DNA of 64,000 nt from Terriglobia bacterium (lineage in GTDB: Bacteria; Acidobacteriota; Terriglobia; JAJPHL01; JAPKYU01): the NCBI GenBank assembly GCA_965223005.1, contig CBDCVK010000010.1:64001-128000 (forward strand), written 5' to 3'. Position 1 is the stretch's first letter; each line of letters begins with the position of its first letter. This document shows positions 19,104 to 29,017 of this stretch, piece by piece. The notes below the pieces were generated by a model that had not been told where the DNA came from, ran no database searches, and was given only the letters and a program-made list of their open reading frames with translations. A program made the translations under genes and the position numbers.

Positions 19104-20130
19104 GATCACGGACCTCGGGAATCGCCTCGGGAGCTCTGGTGGCCGAAGGCAAGGTTGGCGCCACGGTCGCAGCGCGCCGCCGTAGCGCACGCAGGGGCGT
19201 TCGCAGCAGAATTTTCAAGTCCAAACTCAGCGACCAGTTCCGCAAATAGTACAGGTCGTACTCCAGCCGCCGCGAAATATCGCTGGCGCCGGTGAGCCCG
19301 TGAATCTGGGCCCATCCCGTGATCCCCGGTTTCAGCCGCTGGCGCAGCGAGTAGCTTTCCAGAGCCTGACCGAAGCCCTCGGCAAAATGAGGGCGCTCAG
19401 GGCGCGGCCCAACCACGCTCATCTCGCCGCGCAGCACGTTCCAACACTGCGGCCATTCATCCAGGCCCAGGCGACGCAGGACTCGTCCCAGGGAGCCGGC
19501 TTCGGGCGGAGCAGTGTCGCTCCAGCGATGCTCGCTCATGTCCGGCGGTCCTACCGGCAGGGTCCGGAACTTGTACAGGGTGAACGATCGACCGTTCCAG
19601 CCGATTCGTTCCTGCGCAAAAAGCGCCGGCCCGGGAGAGGAAGCTTTGATCGCCAGCGCAATCGCGGCAGCCAGCGGGGCGCCCAGAACCAAGGCGGCTG
19701 AGGCGATCACGATGTCCAGCGCCCGTTTGAGCACTGCGTAGGAAAAACGCCTGCCGGGGAACAAACCCACATCCACCACCAACAGGTCTTCCTTGCGACG
19801 CACCGCCGCAGCGCCGGGCAACTCCAGCGCCACGCGAACCGGAACCGGAAGGGACTGCAAGGCTTCTAGCACCGCGGGTAGGCAGGAAATTTCTTCCGCC
19901 GAAGGCGCCACTAGGATTTCGTCCCAGCAGCGTGTGTTGCGCAGGGCGCGAATCTCCTGATCCTGGTCTGCGCGCAAGAATTCCACGTGCGCCCGAGCGG
20001 GGAGCAGTTGCAAAATGCATGGGTGGCTCCCAATGACAACCACCTGAGTTGGCTGGCGCCGCACAATTCGTTGGCGGAGACCCGTCAGGTGGAGGGCCGA
20101 AGCAAGGGAATGCAGGCGCCGCAGAAGCAT
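19087..20130 (-). CDS. Priming undecaprenyl-phosphate sugar phosphotransferase (WcaJ/WbaP family)
   Basis: KRALD, YKFRT, LDEWPQ.WNVLRGEMSVVGPRPE, KPGITGWAQ, DLYYLRNWSL.LD. Confidence 0.9.
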   Translation of the reverse strand: MLLRRLHSLASALHLTGLRQRIVRRQPTQVVVIGSHPCILQLLPARAHVEFLRADQDQEIRALRNTRCWDEILVAPSAEEISCLPAVLEALQSLPVPVRVALELPGAAAVRRKEDLLVVDVGLFPGRRFSYAVLKRALDIVIASAALVLGAPLAAAIALAIKASSPGPALFAQERIGWNGRSFTLYKFRTLPVGPPDMSEHRWSDTAPPEAGSLGRVLRRLGLDEWPQCWNVLRGEMSVVGPRPERPHFAEGFGQALESYSLRQRLKPGITGWAQIHGLTGASDISRRLEYDLYYLRNWSLSLDLKILLRTPLRALRRRAATVAPTLPSATRAPEAIPEVRDHARSF

Positions 20131-20213
20131 GGTGCCGGACCGGAAGCAGTCACGAATTACTTGACCAGAAGACGCAAACCACAATATACCGGCAAGGGCG
20201 GCAAATCAACGAG

Positions 20214-22091
20214 TTGTTGATCGTGCAAACGGACCGGCAAGCGGTTGAGAAACAGGCGGCAGCGGCCTTCTGGACGCTGGCGAGCGTGGTGGTCGTGGTC
20301 CCGCTGGCCCTGGCTCCGGGCCTGCAATTTTTCGACGTTACCCCGAAATTACTGGTCTTACTGGCAGGCGCCTGCGTCGTCTGGGTGTCGCTGGCGGTCG
20401 AAGGTCGGGTCCCGTCTTTTGGTGGGCAGGCAGGCAGATTCTTGGGGCTGCTGGCGGCGCTGGCTGCCATGGGTGTACTGGCCACCATTTTTTCGCACAA
20501 CCGCGTGCTGTCGCTGGTCGGGAGTGAATGGCGGCGTATGGGCCTGCCGGCTTGGCTGGCGTGCCTGGCAGTGGCGGCAGCGGTCCCTGTAGTGATCGGC
20601 GAGGACAGCGCGCGGCGACGCCGTCTGCTGACGGCCTGGGTGCTGGCAGCCGTCGCCGCGGCCACCTACAGCTTTGCGCAATACTTTGGATGGGATCCCT
20701 GGATCTCATCCGCGCTCTACCACATCGGCGAAGGCGAGTGGCAAATCGTGAGGCCGCCGGCGACGCTGGGCTACGTGAGTTACCTGGCCGCCTTCTTGCT
20801 GCCGGCAGGGTTTGTCTCGGTGGGCCTGGCCATGTCGGGGACCGCGGCCCGGGCGCGACTCGCCTGGGGTGCGGCGGCTGCCGCACTGGCGCTGGCGCTG
20901 GTGATCTCTGGCAGTCGAGGCGCGTGGTTGGGCGCGGCGGCTGGTGTGGTCGTGTTACTGGCCTGCGCCAAGCGTCGCCGTCCTGTGCTGCTGGGCCTGC
21001 TGGGGGTGACCGCGCTGGCCGCCGTCTTTGTGCTCTCTCCCCCCGGACAGCGGGTGCGCAGCCGACTGCGCTGGTTTGTGGAAGACCCGGCGGGCGGGGC
21101 GCGCCTGCTGCTCTGGCGCGATTCGCTGCGCATGGCCCGCGCTCATCCCTTGCTGGGGACGGGGCTCGACACTTTCGAACTCAGCTTCCTGAAGTTTCAC
21201 TCGCTGGAGCTCGCCCGGCGGGACCCGGACCGGTACGCCGAATCGCCCCACAATGTCTTTCTCGACTACCTGACTTCCGCGGGTCTGCCGGCGATGTTGC
21301 TGTTTGCCGCGCTGATGGGAATGGCGCTACGCAACTTCGGCATGTCCTCCCGCGCCGTTTCGTCACGCGAAGCCGCGCTGGAGGTTGCCTTGTTGGCCGC
21401 GCTGGTTGCTGGGCTGGTGAGTGCCCAATTCATTGCCGACACGATTCCCACGAGGCTCACTCTGTTGCTATTGGCCGCGCTGTCGGTTTCCGTACCTGCC
21501 ACCACTGCCCGGCTCGGGGCGCGAACCGTGGTGGCGGCGGTGGCCGTTGCTGGCTTGGCCTTGGTGGTCGTCTTCGGGGTGCAGTTGGTGCGCGCCGATC
21601 GCGCCGTGTGGAGGGCAATGCAAGCGCGGGAGGGCGGCGATCTGGACACCCTGCTCCGAGCCGGAACCGCCGCGCGTTACGCCTTTCCCTGGACCGGCAC
21701 TTATCCGTTTGCTTACTCGCGCGCCCTGGGTCGCGTGGTGATCCGGAGCAGCCTGCAACCGGCGCAACGCGGCCTGTTGCTGGCTCTGGCCGAGGATTCC
21801 GCGCAGGCTGCGCTGTCCCATTCCGGCCGCCCGCAGATGGTGCAGGTGCACCTGGCCTCGCTGTACGTGTTGCAAGGCAAAGCGGAGCAAGCGCGAGCGG
21901 CCTTGGAGGAAGCTATCCGCGCCGCTCCCGCCTGGTATCGGCCGCGCTGGTTGCTGGCGGCCCTGCTGGCCGAGCAAGGCCGCTATGTCGAGGCAGCCGC
22001 GCAGGCCGGCGCTGCCTTGGACCGCGGTGCCCGCAGACATCCCGAGATTGCTCGGCAGTGCCTGGAAATTCAGCAACTGTCGGCACGCTGA
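20214..22091 (+). CDS. O-antigen ligase family protein with C-terminal TPR
   Basis: RPPATLG, SGSRGAWLG, RLLLW, HPLLGTG, PHNVFL, TPR-like tail; start uncertain (20214-20223). Confidence 0.8.
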   Translation: MLIVQTDRQAVEKQAAAAFWTLASVVVVVPLALAPGLQFFDVTPKLLVLLAGACVVWVSLAVEGRVPSFGGQAGRFLGLLAALAAMGVLATIFSHNRVLSLVGSEWRRMGLPAWLACLAVAAAVPVVIGEDSARRRRLLTAWVLAAVAAATYSFAQYFGWDPWISSALYHIGEGEWQIVRPPATLGYVSYLAAFLLPAGFVSVGLAMSGTAARARLAWGAAAAALALALVISGSRGAWLGAAAGVVVLLACAKRRRPVLLGLLGVTALAAVFVLSPPGQRVRSRLRWFVEDPAGGARLLLWRDSLRMARAHPLLGTGLDTFELSFLKFHSLELARRDPDRYAESPHNVFLDYLTSAGLPAMLLFAALMGMALRNFGMSSRAVSSREAALEVALLAALVAGLVSAQFIADTIPTRLTLLLLAALSVSVPATTARLGARTVVAAVAVAGLALVVVFGVQLVRADRAVWRAMQAREGGDLDTLLRAGTAARYAFPWTGTYPFAYSRALGRVVIRSSLQPAQRGLLLALAEDSAQAALSHSGRPQMVQVHLASLYVLQGKAEQARAALEEAIRAAPAWYRPRWLLAALLAEQGRYVEAAAQAGAALDRGARRHPEIARQCLEIQQLSAR

Positions 22092-22170
22092 CGTTACACG
22101 GTTGTGTGGTTATGAGCCTTTTCTGATGTTGATTCTGCACTTGGGTTGGGTAAGAATTAGGATCAGCGGT

Positions 22171-22992
22171 ATGCGTGCCTACCTCGTCGCTGGGTTGCTC
22201 CTGTTGCTGGGGACTACCTCCGCCCCGGATTCCCTCTGGGCACAAGCGCCCGACTTGCCGCCGAGCTCAGTAGTGAACGGCGCCAGTTTTCGCGCGGCAG
22301 CCGATCCCAATGGAGCCGTGGCCCCGGGCGCGATAGTGGCCATCTTCGGGGCGAACCTGGCCGGCGAAACCCAGCTGGCAATGAGCGTGCCGCTCTCCAC
22401 CCGGCTGCCCGACACGCCGGAGGGTACAAGGGTGACCTTCACTGTCGGGAATACAGATTTTGACGCTCCCCTGTTTTTCGTTTCGGCTGGCCAGATGAAC
22501 GCGCAGGTACCATTTGAGGTGACGGCCGGCGCCGCCTCGGTGCGGGTGCAGCGAGGCAGCGAAACCAGCGCCACGCAGTCGGTTCAGGTGGCGAATGTTT
22601 CCCCCGGCATTTTCACCGTCAACCAGCAGGGCACCGGTGCGGGGGCGATCTTGCATGCCGATACCTTCCAAGCCGTCAGCGAAAGCGACCCGGCGCGGCC
22701 GGGCGAGTTCCTGCTTATTTTTTGTACCGGCCTGGGCCCGGTGGACCCCTCCGTGCCGTCCGGCGATCTGGCTCCCAGCACTGAGCCACTAGCACGCACC
22801 GTTAATGTCCCCATGGTGAACATCGGCGGGATGCCTGCCCAGGTCACCTTTTCCGGCCTGGCCCCGGGATTCGTGGGCCTGTACCAGGTGAACTTGCAAG
22901 TACCGCAGGGGATCCCGTCGGGCGCGCAAGAGATCGAGATCGTCATCAACGGCGTGCCCAGCAGGGAAAACGTCACCATCGCCGCGCAATAG
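22171..22992 (+). CDS. Secreted stand-alone TIGR03437 (Solibacter C-terminal) domain protein
   Basis: Signal peptide then VVNGASF..VAPG.IV.IFG, APLFFVSAGQMNAQVPFE, FCTGLG, GLAPGFVGLYQVN. Confidence 0.85.
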   Translation: MRAYLVAGLLLLLGTTSAPDSLWAQAPDLPPSSVVNGASFRAAADPNGAVAPGAIVAIFGANLAGETQLAMSVPLSTRLPDTPEGTRVTFTVGNTDFDAPLFFVSAGQMNAQVPFEVTAGAASVRVQRGSETSATQSVQVANVSPGIFTVNQQGTGAGAILHADTFQAVSESDPARPGEFLLIFCTGLGPVDPSVPSGDLAPSTEPLARTVNVPMVNIGGMPAQVTFSGLAPGFVGLYQVNLQVPQGIPSGAQEIEIVINGVPSRENVTIAAQ

Positions 22993-23183
22993 TCGTCTGG
23001 ACAGTTTCTTTGGTGGTCTTGGCGGTGGCCTGGGCACTGCTTGCCTAGAAGTTCCTTTCAGCAGGGACCGATCTGCCGGAGAAACGTGAAAAGATCATGG
23101 CCGCAGCCAGTACCATGTCGATTGTCAACGCCTTGAAAAGGCGTGGCGCCTACGCGCCACGTGGACGATGTGAGGGAGGTATC

Positions 23184-25460
23184 ATGCGCCGTTTTGCAGT
23201 CATCGTTCTGCTTGGTCTTATGCAGGTTCTCCTTGTACACGCGCAGGACAACCCATCCCAGCCGCTCACCGGGTACTCGAATGACGCGGCTCACGCCCAG
23301 CGCGAATGGGAAAGGAAATTTCGCGCGATTCCCGTTCCAGAGAACTTGCGAGAGTATATGAAGCGGCTCTCGGCCCGGCCGCATCACCTGGGCTCGCCCT
23401 ACGGCAAGGAAAACGCCGAGTGGATTCTTGCCAAATTCAAAGAATGGGGACTGGACGCTCACATAGAGACGTTTGACGTGCTTTTCCCCACACCCAAGAA
23501 ACGCGTGGTGGAACTGGTCGAACCCATCAAGTTTGTCGCCAAGCTCCGCGAGCCGACAGTCCCGGTTGATCCCACTTCTAGCCAGCACGACGAACAATTG
23601 CCGACTTACAATGCCTACTCCGCGGATGGAGATGTGACGGCGCCGCTCGTCTATGTCAACTATGGCATTCCGGAAGATTACGAGAGGCTCGAGCGCCTGG
23701 GGATCTCCGTCAAAGGTGCAATTGTCATTGCCCGCTACGGGGCTTCGTGGCGCGGGCTCAAACCCAAGCTTGCGGCGGAACACGGCGCGGTCGGCTGTCT
23801 GCTTTACTCCGATCCCCGCGAGGATGGGTACTTCCGGGGAGACGTCTTCCCCGATGGCGCCTGGCGTCCGCCAGGCGGAGTACAACGCGGCAGCGTTATG
23901 GATATGTCGCTTTATCCCGGCGATCCTTTGACCCCAGGTACGGGCGCAACCGCGGAGGCGAAGCGGTTGGCAATCAGCGAGGCGAAGACCCTGATGCGGA
24001 TTCCAGTCCTGCCAATCTCTTATAGTGATGCGCAGCCTCTGCTTGCCGCGCTCAAAGGGCCTGTTGCTCCCGAGCAATGGCGCGGTGCGCTGCCGATTAC
24101 CTATCACGTCGGCCCAGGCCCCGCTAAAGTGCACCTGGAGGTGAAAGCGAGCTGGGATATCAAGACAATCTACAATGTCATCTCTAGGATTCCGGGGTCG
24201 GTTTATCCCGACGAATGGATTGTTCGCGGCAACCATCACGACGCCTGGGTGAACGGAGCAGTAGATCCGGTTGCGGGTCTGGTGGCTATGCTGGAAGAAG
24301 CCCGCTCTCTCGGGGAGCTACTCAAGCAAGGCTGGAAACCCAAGCGGACCATCATCTATTGCGCCTGGGATGGCGAAGAGCAGGGACTCCTCGGCTCGAC
24401 GGAGTGGGCCGAAACGCACCGGGACGAACTGCTTCGCCATGCCGTGGCATATATCAACACCGACCCCAACAGTCGCGGCTATTTCCGCGTGCGGGGATCC
24501 CACACACTAGAGAAATTCATCAACGGGGTTGCGCGAGACATCGTGGACCCTGAAAAGAAGATTTCCGTCTGGAAGCGGAGGCAATTAACGCTCATCGCTG
24601 ATTCCAAGTCGCGGGAAGACCGAGAGGAAGCGCGACACAGACCCGACTGGAGAATTGGCGCCTTAGGTTCTGGGTCCGATTTCACGGTCTTTCTTGATCA
24701 TTTAGGCATTGCCTCGCTATACCTTTGGTACGGCGGAGACGACTGGGGTGGTGGTGTCTATCATTCCATCTACGACGATTTCTACTGGTACACGCGCTAT
24801 TCGGACACCGACTTTACCTACGGGCGCGCGCTGGCGCAAACTGCGGGCACCGCGGTGATGCGCCTAGCCGACGCCGAGTTATTACCCTATAACTTCACAA
24901 ACTTTGCCGATACGGTCCGCAAGTATACGGAAGAACTGAAGAAACTCCTGAAAACCACCCGGGACGAAGTCCGCGAGCGCAACGAACAGATTGCAGAGGG
25001 GGTTTTCCAGGCTACAGCCGATCCCAAGAAGACTTTTGTTGCTCCCTCCATGGAGGAAATCCCACCACACTTGAACTTCGCTCCACTTGAGAACGCCGTG
25101 GACGCACTCACCCGCAGCGCTGCGCACTACGAAAAGGCTTTGTCGAAAGCCCAGGAAAACGGTGGGACTGCGCTGAATCGTGCTTCGTTCCGAGGAGTGA
25201 ATGCAAAACTTATTGAGAGCGAGCGCAGGCTAACAAGTGCCGAAGGGCTACCCGGACGTCCGTGGTACAAGCATTTAATTTATGCACCCGGCCTTTACAC
25301 CGGGTACGCCGTGAAGACGCTCCCGGGCGTGCGCGAAGCAATCGAGCAGAAGAAATGGGAGGAGGCTGACGCGCAGCTTGTACGGGTGGGAAAGATCCTG
25401 GAGGATGAGGCGAGGTTGATTGAATCGGCTGCGAATGAGTTAGAGATGATCGCAAAGTGA
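23184..25460 (+). CDS. M28 peptidase, glutamate carboxypeptidase II type (PA + TfR dimerisation domains)
   Basis: GGGAGGT SD, signal peptide, YVNYG, GNHHDAW, WDGEEQGLLGSTEW, GSGSDF, YHSIYD. Confidence 0.92.
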   Translation: MRRFAVIVLLGLMQVLLVHAQDNPSQPLTGYSNDAAHAQREWERKFRAIPVPENLREYMKRLSARPHHLGSPYGKENAEWILAKFKEWGLDAHIETFDVLFPTPKKRVVELVEPIKFVAKLREPTVPVDPTSSQHDEQLPTYNAYSADGDVTAPLVYVNYGIPEDYERLERLGISVKGAIVIARYGASWRGLKPKLAAEHGAVGCLLYSDPREDGYFRGDVFPDGAWRPPGGVQRGSVMDMSLYPGDPLTPGTGATAEAKRLAISEAKTLMRIPVLPISYSDAQPLLAALKGPVAPEQWRGALPITYHVGPGPAKVHLEVKASWDIKTIYNVISRIPGSVYPDEWIVRGNHHDAWVNGAVDPVAGLVAMLEEARSLGELLKQGWKPKRTIIYCAWDGEEQGLLGSTEWAETHRDELLRHAVAYINTDPNSRGYFRVRGSHTLEKFINGVARDIVDPEKKISVWKRRQLTLIADSKSREDREEARHRPDWRIGALGSGSDFTVFLDHLGIASLYLWYGGDDWGGGVYHSIYDDFYWYTRYSDTDFTYGRALAQTAGTAVMRLADAELLPYNFTNFADTVRKYTEELKKLLKTTRDEVRERNEQIAEGVFQATADPKKTFVAPSMEEIPPHLNFAPLENAVDALTRSAAHYEKALSKAQENGGTALNRASFRGVNAKLIESERRLTSAEGLPGRPWYKHLIYAPGLYTGYAVKTLPGVREAIEQKKWEEADAQLVRVGKILEDEARLIESAANELEMIAK

Positions 25461-25565
25461 TTCCTTTGATAGCGAGCCCGGACTGGATCATGAGCCGCCA
25501 CGTTGGCTTGGATGGGGGCGGAGCCTGAGATGTGCCGAAGGTTTGAGATCCCTTAAGGAAGGACC

Positions 25566-25976
25566 ATGGCCAAAGCAAAAAGCAGAGCACCTGTGCGCAG
25601 CTCGGCCGCCTTGGCGGAACTCACCCGCGCCAAGAACCTGCAGCGGCGTGGCTTGCAGGCAGAGGAGGAGATCGCCCGCCTGCTTGAGCCCTTGAAGGAC
25701 AAGCTGAGTGCGCTAGTCCTCGAACGCGACCGTCTCTTCTACGAAGTAATAGTTGCTCGCCAGAAGTTCTTTCAGGCAGTCAAGAAGGCGGATCCTCGCT
25801 TGGTCCATCATCGCAGCCTGCGCTACGAGGAGAAGGGGCAGAACGTCTATGTGGTCTGGGACGAGACGGGGCCACAGTTCTCTACCCACGAAGGGGCTGA
25901 ACTTCCGAACCTGCAGCCGTTCGTGCGCCGCCGACGCGGGCGGCGGGCCCTGGACCTGGCGTTTTGGTTGGGCTAG
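25566..25976 (+). CDS. Hypothetical protein
   Basis: AAGGA SD, 136 aa with coiled-coil N-half; no recognised motif. Confidence 0.55.
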   Translation: MAKAKSRAPVRSSAALAELTRAKNLQRRGLQAEEEIARLLEPLKDKLSALVLERDRLFYEVIVARQKFFQAVKKADPRLVHHRSLRYEEKGQNVYVVWDETGPQFSTHEGAELPNLQPFVRRRRGRRALDLAFWLG

Positions 25977-25979
25977 GTG

Positions 25980-26735
25980 CTAGGGCAGCGTGACTCGCCC
26001 GCCGCTGACGGCGAGTGTGTGCCCGGTCATGAAGCCAGAGAGGTCGGACAAGAGAAAATACGCCACATTGGAGATGTCCTCCGGTTGCCCGAGGCGCCCC
26101 AGAGGTGTCGCCGCGATTATCCGCTGGGTAGCCTCAGGACCCAACAGGGCGCCCATCTCCGTCTCAATCAAGCCCGGCGCGATGCCGTTTACGCGAACGT
26201 GCGGCGCGAATGCTTCGGCGCAGCACCTGACCAAGGCAATGACGCCAGCCTTGCTGGCGGCGTAATGAATCTGTAGCTTTCTCGGAACCAGAGCAGCGAC
26301 GGAGGATAAGCAAAGGATGCGGCCATACCTGTTGGCCAGCATCTCGTCCTTCACCGCCATGACCGTGAGAAAAACTCCGTCCAGGTTGATCGACAGCGTC
26401 TTCTTCCAGGTCTCCCAGGAAATCTCTTGATGGTTTTCCAGAATACTGAGACCGGCGTTAGCCACTAGCAATCCGATCGGTCCCAACGCCTGGCGCGTTT
26501 TGGCCACCACGGCCTCTACGTCGGCTGGCTGGGAAACGTCTCCCTTGATCAGAAGGCACCGGACCCCCTCCCGCTCGATCAGTTGCTGGGCAGTGCGGGC
26601 CTCTTCGTCCCGCCGGAGGTAGTTGAGAGCAATATCGGCACCGTGCCGAGCCAGTTTCAGTGCGATCGCGCGACCAATCCCTCGCGAGCCTCCGGTGATC
26701 AGTGCGGTCTTGCCCGCGAACTCTTTGCTCGTCAT
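25980..26735 (-). CDS. SDR-family oxidoreductase (FabG-like)
   Basis: [23 protein letters not shown]. Confidence 0.92.
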   Translation of the reverse strand: MTSKEFAGKTALITGGSRGIGRAIALKLARHGADIALNYLRRDEEARTAQQLIEREGVRCLLIKGDVSQPADVEAVVAKTRQALGPIGLLVANAGLSILENHQEISWETWKKTLSINLDGVFLTVMAVKDEMLANRYGRILCLSSVAALVPRKLQIHYAASKAGVIALVRCCAEAFAPHVRVNGIAPGLIETEMGALLGPEATQRIIAATPLGRLGQPEDISNVAYFLLSDLSGFMTGHTLAVSGGRVTLP

Positions 26736-26854
26736 TTTGCGATCAGTTCCTTGACTACCTGCCCATGCACGCCGGTAAGCCGGAAATTCCGGCCGCTGTG
26801 GAAACAGGTGAGTAAGGTATGATCCAGGCCCATCAGGTGGAGGATGGTGGCATC
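26732..26854 (-). pseudogene. C-terminal remnant of a DUF1501 gene
   Basis: [40 protein letters not shown], homologous to the end of 36928-38364; ATGA-coupled to the SDR. Confidence 0.8.
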
Positions 26855-27203
26855 AAGTATTACACCCGTTGCCTTCGTCGGAGCGCATAAGCTCAGGATC
26901 AACCGACCATTCTTTGGAAATCCCGGGGCCTGTGTAATTGATTAAACCGGAATTATCGATTTCAGGTTTCCTCGGCTCCAGAATCTATGCCCAGCCGTCA
27001 TGCCGCGTCAAGCTCAAATCTCCAGCGGCAGGGGCGCGAGCAACAGGGAGGAAATCACTGTTAAAGTTCCGGTTGTAGACTCCTGATGCCCAGATCCGCG
27101 GCAGCTAGAAACGCTCGCCGCGCTGATCTCCAACGTCAGTTTCTCGAGGATCGTGAAGAACGGCTATCTCACAACCATCTCCCTCTCGGACGAAGGCCGG
27201 TGG

Positions 27204-27932
27204 ATGAAATGGTCTGTCGCCGTAGTCTGGCTCGCGAGCGGGCTGCTCGTCATGCATCCCTACTACAGGCAGGCCGGCTCGGGTTACCTCGCGCGCCTGG
27301 GCCTCCCTGGATGGGTGATGGGAATTGCGTGTCTTCTGGAAGTGATCCTTGGATTGCGGGTGGCGTTCGGTGCGGCGACCTCCTGGCTGTGGGCTGTGCA
27401 GACGTGCCTAATCGTTGCCTTCACGACGGTTCTCGCGCGGCTCGAGCCTATGCTCCTGCTTCATCCCTTCGGAGTGCTCTCCAAGAACGTCCCGCTTCTC
27501 GCTTTGATCGGAACCAGCTGGCTTCTCGAAAGAGAAGGATGGACGCCTCGCGCCATCTGGCTCCTTCGTGCGGGCATGGCAGCTGTTTGGATCACCGAGG
27601 GACTTTTTCCCAAGATTCTCTTCCAACAGCCCATGGAACTCGCGGTTGTAGCGCGTAGCGGCCTGGTGCCGGGCGATCCGGCCGCCTTCTTGCGTTTCAT
27701 GGGCTTGTGTCAACTGGCGTCGGGGATCGCCGTGCTTGTCTTACGCGGCCGGCCACTTCGATTCATTCTTCGGTGCCAGGTGATTGCCCTCCTCCTTTTG
27801 CCAATCCTTGTTTCCGTCCAGGACCCTCTCCTCTGGGTTCATCCGTTCGCACCTTTAGTCAAGAACATTCCCATCATCGCAGGGACGGCGATTCTGGTGC
27901 GCCGATGCTCGAGGGAGGAGGGTAGCGCGTGA
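27204..27932 (+). CDS. DoxX-like family membrane protein (internally duplicated)
   Basis: Two copies of the AVW...GL and HPF...KN.P motifs; start could be 27153. Confidence 0.75.
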   Translation: MKWSVAVVWLASGLLVMHPYYRQAGSGYLARLGLPGWVMGIACLLEVILGLRVAFGAATSWLWAVQTCLIVAFTTVLARLEPMLLLHPFGVLSKNVPLLALIGTSWLLEREGWTPRAIWLLRAGMAAVWITEGLFPKILFQQPMELAVVARSGLVPGDPAAFLRFMGLCQLASGIAVLVLRGRPLRFILRCQVIALLLLPILVSVQDPLLWVHPFAPLVKNIPIIAGTAILVRRCSREEGSA

Positions 27933-29017
27933 GCCAGGTGGTTGTCTTTGGCGGTTATGGTGTCTTCGGTTCGCATGTGGCGTGCGAGCTCGCGCGGCGT
28001 GAGATCAAGGTTGTCATCGCCGGCCGAGACTTGGCCAAAGCAGAATTTCTTGCGCGCAAGCTGGGGCCCAAACATCGCGCTGTATTCGCCGACGTAACGG
28101 ATGCCGAGTCCTGTCGAAGGGCACTGCGAGGGCGCAACGCCGCTGTGAACTGTGCGGGTCCGTTTTCGGCCTTCGGTTCGATTCTCCTCGAGATGTGCCT
28201 GGAAGTGGGCTGCCATTATGCAGACATCTCCGACGACCGCGCTCACTCTGGTTTGGTCCGTAGCTTTGATGGCCGGTTTAAGACTCGCGGCCTGAGCGCC
28301 GTCTACGGGTGCTCCAGTTTACCTGGTATCTCAGGAGCGCTCGCTTTGGTCGCGCAAGACGGCATGACGTCGGCGCCTGCGCGTGCCCGCGTGACCCTTT
28401 TCATCGGAAACGATGACCGAAAAGGGGCTGCGGCAATTCGTTCAGTCGTTCGGGCGCTGGGCCGGCGTATCGATGCCCCAGACGGGACCCTCCGAGGATT
28501 TCGGAATCGGGAAGTCGTAGACCTTCCGGCACCATTCGGTCGGCGTCCTGTCTACAGCTTTGAGAGTCCGGAATACGATCTCTTCCCGAGCCTGCTTGGG
28601 GTACGTGCAGTCTCGGTCAAGGTAGGGTTTGGAGCCCCGATGGCATCCCGGACCTTTGCGCTTCTCGCATACATCTCCTCGGGGTACGGTGACTGGCTGG
28701 CAAGGGCCATTGAACGTCTTGGGCGCCTGCTCTCAGGATACGGACCTTCCGGCGGCGCGGTGGTAACCGACCTGTTTTGGGAGATTGGCGTAGCTCGCCG
28801 GGCCGCGATCTACACTTCGAGCGGAGCTCAGCGGATGGCCGCGCTTCCATGCGTATTTTCCGTCTCCGCTCTTTTAGAGAACCAAGTTTTGCATCGAGGA
28901 GCAATGACGGCATACGAGCTTCTCGGAGCCCAAAAGCTTCTCGAGGGTCTTCTGGCAGAGGGCTACCAGCGAGTGTATACCGGAGGTTCGACAGGGAGTT
29001 CCACTACCGATCTTTGA
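27929..29017 (+). CDS. Saccharopine dehydrogenase-like NAD(P)-binding oxidoreductase
   Basis: GGYGVFG, IAGR, VNCAGPF, HYAD, GCSSLPGIS. Confidence 0.85.
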   Translation: MSQVVVFGGYGVFGSHVACELARREIKVVIAGRDLAKAEFLARKLGPKHRAVFADVTDAESCRRALRGRNAAVNCAGPFSAFGSILLEMCLEVGCHYADISDDRAHSGLVRSFDGRFKTRGLSAVYGCSSLPGISGALALVAQDGMTSAPARARVTLFIGNDDRKGAAAIRSVVRALGRRIDAPDGTLRGFRNREVVDLPAPFGRRPVYSFESPEYDLFPSLLGVRAVSVKVGFGAPMASRTFALLAYISSGYGDWLARAIERLGRLLSGYGPSGGAVVTDLFWEIGVARRAAIYTSSGAQRMAALPCVFSVSALLENQVLHRGAMTAYELLGAQKLLEGLLAEGYQRVYTGGSTGSSTTDL

